NCBI GenBank assembly: GCA_965207885.1
Contig: OZ242311.1
Coordinates: forward strand, 1,760,001 to 1,824,000
Source: Candidatus Latescibacterota bacterium
GTDB lineage: Bacteria > Latescibacterota > UBA2968
DNA: 64,000 nt
Reading direction: 5' to 3'
In this document: positions 37,221 to 46,209 of the stretch, one piece after another
Numbering within the stretch: position 1 is the first letter of the stretch
Layout of the letters: every line of letters begins with the position of its first letter
The notes under the pieces: generated by a model
Databases searched by the model: none
Told to the model about the DNA's origin: nothing
Seen by the model: the letters and a program-made list of their open reading frames with translations, nothing else
Made by a program: the position numbers and the translations under genes

Positions 37221-39212
37221 TTGTCACAAACGCCTGACCGCGTTGAAACTCCAAATACAGAAACCGAGAACCGGGTACGCAAAACAGCCGTATTGGCGAT
37301 GGTAGGTACGCTGGTATTTGCGTGTGCAATGTCAACCTATGTGGAACTGAGCACGCGATCCGGTCTCCTGGCAATGTCCAATTTGCCAATGACCGTATTA
37401 TTGCCCTTCGTATTCTGGCTCTTGGGCAACTCGATATTAAAGCGTTTTTGGCCCCGGTTATCATTGTCGGCAACAGAGATGCGGGTGCTATTTTGTTTCT
37501 TGTGGGTCGGCGGCTTGTTCGCCGGTTTTAACTGGGCAACGCAGTGGGCCGGCATGATGGCTGCACCGCGTTATTTTGCTTCGCCGGAGAACCGCTGGGA
37601 AGAACTGTACTTTGACGACTTGCCCAACTGGATGCTGCCATTAAACAGTCCGGGTGTGATCAATGGCTTCTATCAGGGGCTGTGGTCAGACGTACCCTGG
37701 GGCGCGTGGTTGGGACCAATATTCTGGGCGGGGTCCATCGCCCTGGCAATCACGGCCATTGGCCTGGGATTGACCGCATTATTTCAAAAACAATGGGCGC
37801 AACACGAACGCCTGGTCTATCCCCTCGCCGAAGTATCCCTGGAACTCACCGAAGGATTTGATCAAAAACCGGGTTGGCCTGCCTTTATGCAAAGCAAAGT
37901 ATTCTGGGCGGGATTTTTTATCGCAGCCATCCCCCTTTTGTGGAACGTCGGAGAATACTTCATCCCCGATTTTCCCCGCATTGCAATTTTTGACCCCATG
38001 TTTGGACGCGGTGGACGGCGCGGTGTCCAGTTGTCGCGATACCTCCCGACCTTCGCATTTTCTTATCGCATTTTGCCCACACTGATAGGCTTCACATTTT
38101 TATGCGACTTAAATATTTTATTTAGCATCTGGTCGATGTTTGTGCTGGGAACGGCGGCGCAGTACGGGATGAATCGCGTCGGATTTACAATCGGAATGGA
38201 AGGTCAGACAGCGGATGGCGGCGCCATTCTCAGTTTGTTTTCAAACGGCGCAATGGCCGGTCTGGCAATCTGGGGCCTGTGGGTGGCGCGGGGGCATTTG
38301 AAACAGGTCTGGCATCAGGTGCGAAAGCCCGTTGGGGGAACAGCATCTGAGACGGTGATCTTATCGCCGCGAGGGACGGTATTGGCACTGGGATGCGGGT
38401 TATTGTACATGGCATTCTGGTTACATCAGTCGGGAAATGGTCCGGTGACACTGGTGTTGTGGATGACGGCGTTCTGGATCGGAATTTTTGTTTCAATGAA
38501 GTTGCTGGCGGCTGTTGGTTTTGCGTATTTATTTCCCTTTTGGGCAGGTGGAACGACCATACTGGGCGATATGTTTGTGGGGACGAGAAATATGTCAACC
38601 GCTACGCTCGTCAGTACACATATGGTAAACCACAGATTGTTGGCAGGCTGGCGCGTGCCAACGGCACTGCCCAATATCGATCGGGTAATGGCGGGATCGA
38701 CAAAGACAAACCGATTGATCTGGATCGGTGTGCTCCTCGGCGTGATCATTGGCGCTTCTTATACGGTCTGGCTGTGTTATACCTGGGGCGGTGCCAGCTT
38801 TCATTCCTGGGCACTGGAGGGTTCTGCTCGGGAGCGATACAATATCATCGCCGGGGAAGTTGCCAATACGGATAGGACTGTTCCAGACCCCGAAAAAATC
38901 GGCGCATACTTATTGGGCATTGCGGGTGCATTGGTGTTCGCCGCACTTCAGGCACGCATTCCCTGGTGGCCTCTACATCCGATGGGATTGATGGTGATGT
39001 ATAGCTGGCAGATGCGCATTTATATTTTTAATATTTTCCTCGTCTGGTTGGCCAAGTTGTTGGTTTTGAAATTTGGAGGTATTCTGCTTTATCGACAGGT
39101 CAGACCGTGTTGTTATGGGTTAATCGTGGGATTTGTATTTGCGATAGGCATTGCATTCCTCGTAGATGTGATCTGGTTTCCGGATCAAGGGCACGGGATT
39201 CACGGGTGGTAA
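37221..39212 (+). CDS. DUF6785/DUF6784-like polytopic membrane protein (paralogue)
   Basis: FASPENRW, KQW...ERLVYPL, PWWPLHPMG, K..VLKFGG..LYR; ends in HGW like its neighbour. Confidence 0.7.
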   Translation: MSQTPDRVETPNTETENRVRKTAVLAMVGTLVFACAMSTYVELSTRSGLLAMSNLPMTVLLPFVFWLLGNSILKRFWPRLSLSATEMRVLFCFLWVGGLFAGFNWATQWAGMMAAPRYFASPENRWEELYFDDLPNWMLPLNSPGVINGFYQGLWSDVPWGAWLGPIFWAGSIALAITAIGLGLTALFQKQWAQHERLVYPLAEVSLELTEGFDQKPGWPAFMQSKVFWAGFFIAAIPLLWNVGEYFIPDFPRIAIFDPMFGRGGRRGVQLSRYLPTFAFSYRILPTLIGFTFLCDLNILFSIWSMFVLGTAAQYGMNRVGFTIGMEGQTADGGAILSLFSNGAMAGLAIWGLWVARGHLKQVWHQVRKPVGGTASETVILSPRGTVLALGCGLLYMAFWLHQSGNGPVTLVLWMTAFWIGIFVSMKLLAAVGFAYLFPFWAGGTTILGDMFVGTRNMSTATLVSTHMVNHRLLAGWRVPTALPNIDRVMAGSTKTNRLIWIGVLLGVIIGASYTVWLCYTWGGASFHSWALEGSARERYNIIAGEVANTDRTVPDPEKIGAYLLGIAGALVFAALQARIPWWPLHPMGLMVMYSWQMRIYIFNIFLVWLAKLLVLKFGGILLYRQVRPCCYGLIVGFVFAIGIAFLVDVIWFPDQGHGIHGW

Positions 39213-39310
39213 TACGAAACAAACAAAATCCGTTTGTTTATCAAGTATCTTTTGGGTATCATTGAAAGAGACCATATCGCCATAAGATAATTCTCAAGTA
39301 GAAAAGGAGA

Positions 39311-39544
39311 TTGACTGTGGGATTATTTGATCGCAAAAATCAGCACAAACAAACAGATAACACAGCATCCGTTGATCATAAAAATCTGTACCGACAACCA
39401 CAAATCTCTCCCCTTGCTTCATACACACCCGCAGTTTCAGGATTTATAGGTGGCCTGGTACTTGGCAGTCCCTTTGGGACAGTGGGAATTGCCATCGGAG
39501 GTGCTGTCGGTGTTTTCTGTGGATACAAGGTTGGAAACAGTTGA
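39311..39544 (+). CDS. Small glycine-zipper protein (hypothetical)
   Basis: AAGGAG RBS; GFIGGLVLGSPFGTVGIAIGGAVGVFCG. Confidence 0.5.
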   Translation: MTVGLFDRKNQHKQTDNTASVDHKNLYRQPQISPLASYTPAVSGFIGGLVLGSPFGTVGIAIGGAVGVFCGYKVGNS

Positions 39545-39635
39545 TAACTGCAAGATAGTTCTCAAATAAGAAAGCCAGCAAGAAAAACAGAACTTGCTGG
39601 CTTTATGTTATCCATTATCTCAGGAGAGAAAAACC

Positions 39636-39878
39636 ATGTATACGATCTTGCTGATCCTTGCTATAGGCGTTCTGTTTGCGTATCAAGTCGTGGGATACAT
39701 AAAATGGCGAAAAGGTCAAATGTCTTTGCGTCGTTTTATAGGTCCCCTTAGTGGTTTCATATTGCTACTTGTATCTTTTGCATTGCCCTTGCCTCCAAAA
39801 TGGACTCTGGGAATACTCATAGCAGCTACAATCATATTTGGAATAGCCTGTTTCAGAGACAAGCGCACTCAGGGCTAA
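39636..39878 (+). CDS. Small hypothetical membrane protein (three TM segments)
   Basis: AGGAG RBS; three hydrophobic segments with basic loops. Confidence 0.55.
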   Translation: MYTILLILAIGVLFAYQVVGYIKWRKGQMSLRRFIGPLSGFILLLVSFALPLPPKWTLGILIAATIIFGIACFRDKRTQG

Positions 39879-39893
39879 GCGGTCATTGCTGTG

Positions 39894-40220
39894 CTACAGC
39901 TTGATACAATCTAACCTCAACCGAAACCCCAAGGCAGAGATAATAGCCATCAGATTGTCGAGTTTCGGTTTGCTGCGACTCGAAAGCACGCGGTAGAGAT
40001 GTTCGCGGTTCAATCCGGCGCGTTCTGCCAATGCACCAACCCCACCTTGTGCCTGGGCGACGTCGCGCAAGGCCAATAACAGCCCAGAGGTCTCACCGCT
40101 TGCTTCACACTCATCCAGTGCGACTTCCAGATAAGCCCGAGCTTCTTCGGGATCTTCAAGTGCTTTTATCAGTCCTTCTTCGTAACTGACCGTGTGTTTC
40201 AAGACCTGTTTTTTAGTCAT
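39894..40220 (-). CDS. Addiction-module antidote-like HTH protein (HI1420-like)
   Basis: L.DPEEA.AYL..AL, ALRDVAQAQGG...LAE.AGL.RE.LYR.LS...P.L..L..I..ALG..L. Confidence 0.85.
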   Translation of the reverse strand: MTKKQVLKHTVSYEEGLIKALEDPEEARAYLEVALDECEASGETSGLLLALRDVAQAQGGVGALAERAGLNREHLYRVLSSRSKPKLDNLMAIISALGFRLRLDCIKL

Positions 40221-40349
40221 TAAGTACCGTCCTGGGAAATATGTTCATATTCAGAATGTAGCGTACACGCTACAAAAAGCAAACGAAAAGTAGTATGGGT
40301 CTGAATGAATACAATCGGAACATCGCAAGTTCCGAAAAGGTGTGTGGAT

Positions 40350-40386
40350 AAAAAAAGAACGGGACTCAATAGTCTGAGCCCCGTTC
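40350..40386 (-). terminator. Intrinsic terminator of the ECF gene
   Basis: Minus strand GAACGGGGCTCA-gactat-TGAGTCCCGTTC followed by T7. Confidence 0.8.
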
Positions 40387-40405
40387 ACTATGGATAGATC
40401 ATGTT

Positions 40406-41563
40406 TCAATGCAAAAGACGGAATCGGAGATCTCGAAAAGCCGTTTTGCTTTCCCACACATTCAGCGCAATCGGTCCCGATTGATAGCTAAAATCGGTCA
40501 CTTGATTGACCAACTTGCCATCAATATATGATGTAAGAGACGCGCCCCGGGCGGCGATTTGCACATCGTATTCCTGTCCGCGCTCAATGGGATAATTGAC
40601 CACACTGAGCTTTGTTAGCCCCTCGGGACTAACCTTACTAATGGCGACAGCCCGCCAGCCCAATAAGAAATCCAGCAAATACCAGCACCGTTCGTCTTCG
40701 GACATTCGGAAGAAAACTTGAGCATTGCCGCCTGAAATGGGCGTAATGAGAAGCGACAGTTCATAACTTCCCCAGGAAGAATCACCTATAATAAGCGGAG
40801 AATCGTTGTCACTTGAGGGGCCTGCTTCTCCGACGATACCATCGTCCGTACGTGTCCAAACGCGATGCAAAGACGCTTCGGTATGTCCCTTTGCAGGACG
40901 CCAATCCGTCAACCCATCGCCTTGGATCAATTTTTGCCAGTGGATAACCCCTCTCATTCCACCAATAACTCTGCGCCCGTAATCTTCCTGATTTTCATGA
41001 TCTACAAGTGTTCCATTTCCCATGACTAAAAGCCTCCTTTTCAGTTGTTTCCGCGATCTGTGTAACCTACTCTTGACAGTACCCACCGGAATACCGAGGA
41101 TACTGGCAATCTGACTCTGATGTAATCCGACCAGATAAAACAGCGTAGTAACCATCCGATCCGCCGGGGAAAGCAATTTGAAAGCCCGCTTCAGATCAGA
41201 TGCGTACTGTGACTCCACCACTTTCTCAGGATGCAAAAAATCGAGCTGTTGATATTCCTGCACCCTTGATAATCCCCGTGCCTCAAGGGTTCGCTTTCTC
41301 ACCCATTTGAGAGCCACGTTGCGCGCAATTGTATAAAGCCAGGATGAGAACTTGCCGACATCATCGAGTTGGCTGAGATTCCGATAGGCAAAAATAAATG
41401 TCTCTTGCGTGGCATCTTCGGTATCATCAGCATCTCGCAGCACAGTCCATATAACCCCAAACACCAGAGATCGGTGCTGGTTGATCAGATCGGCAAATGC
41501 TCTCTCATCTCCACCACAGGCTTTATTGATCAGGGTCTTGCCGCCCGGTAATGAATCATTCAT
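40406..41563 (-). CDS. ECF sigma factor fused to a DUF1080/ConA-like beta-sandwich domain
   Basis: GDERAFADLI, EDATQETF, FSSWLYTIARN, IASILGIPVGTVKSRLHRSR; C-terminus GDGLTDW...W...DGIVG...GGNAQVFFR...GPIAL......FRDLRFR. Confidence 0.82.
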   Translation of the reverse strand: MNDSLPGGKTLINKACGGDERAFADLINQHRSLVFGVIWTVLRDADDTEDATQETFIFAYRNLSQLDDVGKFSSWLYTIARNVALKWVRKRTLEARGLSRVQEYQQLDFLHPEKVVESQYASDLKRAFKLLSPADRMVTTLFYLVGLHQSQIASILGIPVGTVKSRLHRSRKQLKRRLLVMGNGTLVDHENQEDYGRRVIGGMRGVIHWQKLIQGDGLTDWRPAKGHTEASLHRVWTRTDDGIVGEAGPSSDNDSPLIIGDSSWGSYELSLLITPISGGNAQVFFRMSEDERCWYLLDFLLGWRAVAISKVSPEGLTKLSVVNYPIERGQEYDVQIAARGASLTSYIDGKLVNQVTDFSYQSGPIALNVWESKTAFRDLRFRLLH

Positions 41564-41592
41564 CAGAGTACCCCAATTCGCGCGTTCATACT

Positions 41593-41619
41593 ATAGATTC
41601 AGTTTTTGGCATAAGGTTC
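41593..41619 (-). promoter_or_regulatory. ECF (sigmaE-like) promoter, probably autoregulatory
   Basis: Minus strand GAACCT-N16-TCTAT about 30 nt upstream of the ECF start. Confidence 0.55.
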
Positions 41620-41655
41620 ACGAATTTTTCACAGCTAACATTTCTCTTCGATCAA

Positions 41656-41694
41656 GTGTTCATTTTCGGACACCACTGTATCAAAATCGGACAC
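41656..41694 (+). promoter_or_regulatory. Tandem enhancer-binding-protein-like sites
   Basis: TGTTCATTTTCGGACA and TGTATCAAAATCGGACA; TCGGACAC repeats with a 21-bp period. Confidence 0.55.
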
Positions 41695-41757
41695 TTTATA
41701 AGACGCTAAATCCCGCCAATTTTCGTAACCTATTGTAATTTCAACGTTTGACTTTTT

Positions 41758-41773
41758 CGGCACAGTTTTTGCT
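41758..41773 (+). promoter_or_regulatory. Sigma54 -24/-12 promoter
   Basis: CGGCACAGTTTTTGCT gives GG-N10-GC, about 55 nt upstream of the permease start. Confidence 0.65.
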
Positions 41774-41828
41774 TCATAATCGTATAACCCGTTGTACTTT
41801 TACCCTGCAATAGAGAGGGAGGCCCGAT

Positions 41829-44264
41829 ATGCTCTGGAATTACCTCACCGTAGGATTCAGAAATCTGCGGCGGCACGCCTTCTATTCAATACTGAATATC
41901 CTGGGATTGGCTGTGGGTATTGCGTGCATGTTGCTGGCGGTATTGTATGTGGGTTATCAGTTTCGTTTTGACCAGCACCACGAAAAGAGCGACCGCATTT
42001 ACAGAATCATCCGAAAAATTAAGGATGTCAGCGGCGAACGCTACGATCTGGGAACAAAGCCCGTCGCTCCACATCTGCGCGGTAAATTCCCCGAAGTTGA
42101 GGCAGTGACACGGATGCTCGTCAGAGGCATGTGGGCATCTAATGAAGATCGCGGTTTCAATACGCGCGTGTGCATAACCGATGCGGAGATGTTCGATGTC
42201 TTCACGCTTCCAATGGTAGTCGGCGATCCTAAAACCGGGCTAAACGATCCCCATACCGCGTTTCTCTCTCAGACATTGGCTCACAAGCTATTCGGCGAGG
42301 AAGACCCCATAGGCAAAACTGTCAATATTCACTACAAATGGTTTAAGGGCGATTTCACAATTACCGGTATCCTGAAAAACCAACCCAAGACATCAAATAA
42401 CAAGCTACAGTTCGATTTTCTCACCACTACATATCCACAACCATCGGAACAATATCCGGAAAACCGATGGCGACAGCAGGTATGGGATGGGTGGCCCTCG
42501 AATTGGGTCATCGGACCATTGCGGACTTATGTATTGTTACGCCAGGGAGCCGATGTTGCTGAACTACAAAAAAAATTACACGCTTTTGCAGCCGACCATC
42601 AGCTTGCTGGTCCCGAACGCTATGATTTCTATCTACAACCACTCGACCGCATCCACCTGTACTCGATGCAGGATTACGGCACAGCGGAGATCAATGCCGG
42701 AGACATCACACGCTGCTATACGCTACTATTCATTGGGCTACTCGTGCTGTTGATCGCCTGCATCAATTACATCAACCTGATAACGGCACGGTCAGCCAGC
42801 CGGCTGCGCGAAGTTGGCCTGCGCAAAGTCGTGGGCGCAACACGGTTGCAATTAATGGGTCAATTTTTGGGCGAGTCCCTGATCATCGTCTTATTAGCAG
42901 GTGTACTGGCGGTATTATTTGCCTCCGATGCACTGCCCTTTTTTAATGACTTCATGGGCGTTGATCTGCATTTGGCCGACGCGGGTACAGTATTCTTCCT
43001 GGCGCTTTCATTATGCGTATTATTGGGTACGGGCCTGCTCGCCGGGAGCTACCCGGCATTTATCTTATCTGCATTCGAGCCAGTTCGCGCGTTAAAAGGC
43101 ACGCTGCGATCTCGACGCCTGAGTTTGAACCAACTGATGGTCGTGCTGCAGTTCGGCATATCCGTGGTCTTGATCATCACGACACTGGTGGTGTATAGTC
43201 AGCTCTCATTCGTGCGTACCAAAGAACTGGGATTTGAAAAGGAACACACCGTCATTCTGCCGTTCTTTTTGCGAGATCGCGGACTGAGGCCACAGGCAGA
43301 AACCATCCTCAATGAATTGCGCGCACAACCGGGTGTGTTGAAAGCATCGGCATTTCACCTGACGCCTGGACAGATTGGTCCGGACAGACGCATTCTGCAA
43401 GCCGAAGGGCACGGTGATGCGACATTCAAGCTATACTGGAACAGCATTGATGACAACTATCTCGATCTGTTTGGATTGTCCATTGCATCGGGCAGGAGCC
43501 TTGTTGGTATGCCCTTCTTTCGCCAAATCGACGAAAACAAATGGGAAACGTTCGCGCTGATCAATGAGACAGCCGCACGGGAACTCGGATGGGACGATCC
43601 CGTGGGTAAGTCTCTTTTTTCTTCTAATGGTCGGATTCAGACCCAGGTAATCGGCGTGGTTAAAGATTACCACAACCAGTCGCTGCACCACGGCATTGCC
43701 CCCATGATATTGGAAAACTCCCCCAGTTTGAGCCGAGTTGCCGTACGCCTGGCACCTGGCGATCTGAGCGTGCAACTCGCCACACTGGAAAGCGTGTGGA
43801 AGCAGTTTTTGCCAGACCGGCCTTTTGAGTATCAATTCTTCGACCAGGCACTCGATGCGTATTACCAGTCAGAAATAACGCTACAAAAAGTGTGCGGGAT
43901 TTTTGCCGCGTTGTCCATCTTTATCAGTTGTTTGGGAATGCTCGGATTGATCGCGTTTGCCACACAACAGCGCACCAAAGAAATCGGCATTCGCAAAGTC
44001 CTCGGTGCTACAGAGGGCAAGATCGTTCTATTGCTAACCCGCAATTTCCTGTGGCTAACTATCATAGCCAACGTAATCGGATGGCCAGTGGCGTACTATC
44101 TCATGTCCTCCTGGCTCAATGATTTCGCCTACCGCATCAACCTGGAGCCACTCATGTTCATTGCTACAGGGCTATTGACGCTGGGGATTGTGCTCGTCAC
44201 AGTGGGCGGACAAGCCTGGCGTGCGGCCTGCGCCAATCCGGTTGACGCGCTGCGGGATGAGTAG
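41829..44264 (+). CDS. MacB/FtsX-type ABC permease (array member 1)
   Basis: NYL....RNL, INYINL.TARS..R.REVGLRKVVGA, KEIGIRKVLGA, NPVDALRDE. Confidence 0.92.
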   Translation: MLWNYLTVGFRNLRRHAFYSILNILGLAVGIACMLLAVLYVGYQFRFDQHHEKSDRIYRIIRKIKDVSGERYDLGTKPVAPHLRGKFPEVEAVTRMLVRGMWASNEDRGFNTRVCITDAEMFDVFTLPMVVGDPKTGLNDPHTAFLSQTLAHKLFGEEDPIGKTVNIHYKWFKGDFTITGILKNQPKTSNNKLQFDFLTTTYPQPSEQYPENRWRQQVWDGWPSNWVIGPLRTYVLLRQGADVAELQKKLHAFAADHQLAGPERYDFYLQPLDRIHLYSMQDYGTAEINAGDITRCYTLLFIGLLVLLIACINYINLITARSASRLREVGLRKVVGATRLQLMGQFLGESLIIVLLAGVLAVLFASDALPFFNDFMGVDLHLADAGTVFFLALSLCVLLGTGLLAGSYPAFILSAFEPVRALKGTLRSRRLSLNQLMVVLQFGISVVLIITTLVVYSQLSFVRTKELGFEKEHTVILPFFLRDRGLRPQAETILNELRAQPGVLKASAFHLTPGQIGPDRRILQAEGHGDATFKLYWNSIDDNYLDLFGLSIASGRSLVGMPFFRQIDENKWETFALINETAARELGWDDPVGKSLFSSNGRIQTQVIGVVKDYHNQSLHHGIAPMILENSPSLSRVAVRLAPGDLSVQLATLESVWKQFLPDRPFEYQFFDQALDAYYQSEITLQKVCGIFAALSIFISCLGMLGLIAFATQQRTKEIGIRKVLGATEGKIVLLLTRNFLWLTIIANVIGWPVAYYLMSSWLNDFAYRINLEPLMFIATGLLTLGIVLVTVGGQAWRAACANPVDALRDE

Positions 44265-44314
44265 CGAACGCATTTTTTTATCCACAGGCTCGACTCAAAA
44301 AAGGAGATGATAAA

Positions 44315-46159
44315 ATGTATAAAGCAATCAACATATTTGTTCTTCTTCTCGTCTTTGCACCATTGAATACCGCATTTGCCACTGAGTCAGCGGAAACGGT
44401 TTTTAATCAAGGGATCGATTATCTCTACGAAGGCGAATGGGAAAAAGCTGGCACATCATTCAAAAAAGCCATCGAAATAGATCCAAATTTTCAAAAAGCC
44501 CATGAATATTACCAGAATGTCGAGTTCTTTTTCTTTGAGAGAAAGGAAGAAATACTCACCGAATACAGAGAACGGATCAAAAAAGACCCCCAAAATGCTG
44601 TTCTATATGTTCTCTTAGCTCGTATTCTTGATCGGAATTCTGACGAAAGAATTGAACTACTGGAGCAAGCAATAGCTGTAGATTCGACCTTTACGCCCGC
44701 TTATACTCAGTTGCTCTTTGCATACCATCAAAATTATGAAAAAGCTCAAGATATTTTTTCAAAGGGATTAAAAAACCAGCCCCATTCAATCGAATTGCTT
44801 ATGGCACAAGCAGGGTTATTTGCATTTAAGGGAGAACCTGAACGCGCACAAGACCTATCTCGCGAAATCATCACTTCATATCCAGATTCAATCGATGCCT
44901 GCGGGGCTTATCGCGCACTTGCGTCTTCAGAAGAAGAAGACGAAAAAAGAATAGAATTGCTGGAAAAGACGATGACTTTAATGGAACAAACGGATTTCGC
45001 CTTTTCTGATGTGTATTCGGATTTGTATATCCTGTATGAAAAAACAAACCCTCAAAAAGCTGTAGCCCTGGCCCAAAAAGTAACACAAATTCGACCTCCT
45101 TTTTATGATCGCCGAGCACCATTATTCGCATACCAATTTCTCTATGATCACTGGATCAAAACAGATACAACCAAAGCAATAGATGTAGCAATCCAGGCTT
45201 TGAATTCCAATTCAAGAGACTTCAACATCTATTCATATTTGGGCTTTCAACTCATACAAATAGAAAGAGAGATTCCATTAGCGATCCAGTTGCTTAACAA
45301 GGCTAAAAAATTCAGTAATCCAGGCCAGTTGTGGGGACGTACTCATGGAAGTGATTACCCGCGCAGCCAAAGCGAATATTCAAAGACCTCTGAAGAGTTG
45401 GACGCGTATTATGAAAGTTTGCTTGGGCGTGCCGAATTTGTCAAAAAAGACTACACGGAAGCGATTCAGCATTTGTCATCAGCAGTTGGTAAAATGGGAG
45501 AACCCGCTTTAGATGCTGAAGGCTATTTCTGGTTGGGCAGAGCATACGAAAAGATAGAAAAATGGGATAATGCAATGGTCGCATACGCAAATAGTTTGGC
45601 AGAAAGAGAAGATAAGAATGTGCGTAAGTTTGCCGAGCGTCTGGGAAGCCAAATTACTGGGCTAAAAACATCTGTTCCTGAAAAAAAAGTCATCCATATT
45701 GATGAACTAATCGCGGAAGCACAGATCAAAAAAAGTATGCCTGCACCGGATTTCCAAGCGGAGACCCTTGAGGGTAAAAAAGTCTCTTTGTCAGACTATC
45801 AAGGCAAAGTTCTAATACTTGACTTTTGGGCTACGTGGTGTGGACCTTGTTTGGCAGAATTGCCATATTTTCAAGAGTTAGTGAACCTTTATAAGAACGA
45901 TCCATCCGTTGCTTTTCTCACAATTAGTCAGGATCGATCCAAAGATGTCGCCCGAAAATTCATTGAGCAAAAGGGTTACACATTTCCCGTTATTTTTGAT
46001 ACGGGTATCGGCCAACTTTTCGAAGTTGAAGGCATTCCCCTCTTAATAGTTATTGATAAAGAAGGAAAAATACGATACAAGCATTTTGGATTTGACCCCA
46101 ACAATGTTGACTTCGTCCGACTGATGAAAAAGGAGATACAGATCGTCCTGATGAAATAA
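44315..46159 (+). CDS. Exported TPR-repeat protein with C-terminal TlpA/redoxin domain
   Basis: Signal peptide, TPR helices, APDF..TLEGKKVSLSDYQGKVLILDFWATWCGPC. Confidence 0.88.
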   Translation: MYKAINIFVLLLVFAPLNTAFATESAETVFNQGIDYLYEGEWEKAGTSFKKAIEIDPNFQKAHEYYQNVEFFFFERKEEILTEYRERIKKDPQNAVLYVLLARILDRNSDERIELLEQAIAVDSTFTPAYTQLLFAYHQNYEKAQDIFSKGLKNQPHSIELLMAQAGLFAFKGEPERAQDLSREIITSYPDSIDACGAYRALASSEEEDEKRIELLEKTMTLMEQTDFAFSDVYSDLYILYEKTNPQKAVALAQKVTQIRPPFYDRRAPLFAYQFLYDHWIKTDTTKAIDVAIQALNSNSRDFNIYSYLGFQLIQIEREIPLAIQLLNKAKKFSNPGQLWGRTHGSDYPRSQSEYSKTSEELDAYYESLLGRAEFVKKDYTEAIQHLSSAVGKMGEPALDAEGYFWLGRAYEKIEKWDNAMVAYANSLAEREDKNVRKFAERLGSQITGLKTSVPEKKVIHIDELIAEAQIKKSMPAPDFQAETLEGKKVSLSDYQGKVLILDFWATWCGPCLAELPYFQELVNLYKNDPSVAFLTISQDRSKDVARKFIEQKGYTFPVIFDTGIGQLFEVEGIPLLIVIDKEGKIRYKHFGFDPNNVDFVRLMKKEIQIVLMK

Positions 46160-46209
46160 CCCGGTCACTTATTGATGCAATACAGAGAGTTGAGCAAGAA
46201 GGATACCCA

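Noticed and set aside
44270-44302. Loose similarity between the spacer after permease 1 and the spacer at about 59249-59280
   Set aside because: The match is mostly T and A runs and is too weak to support homology by eye.
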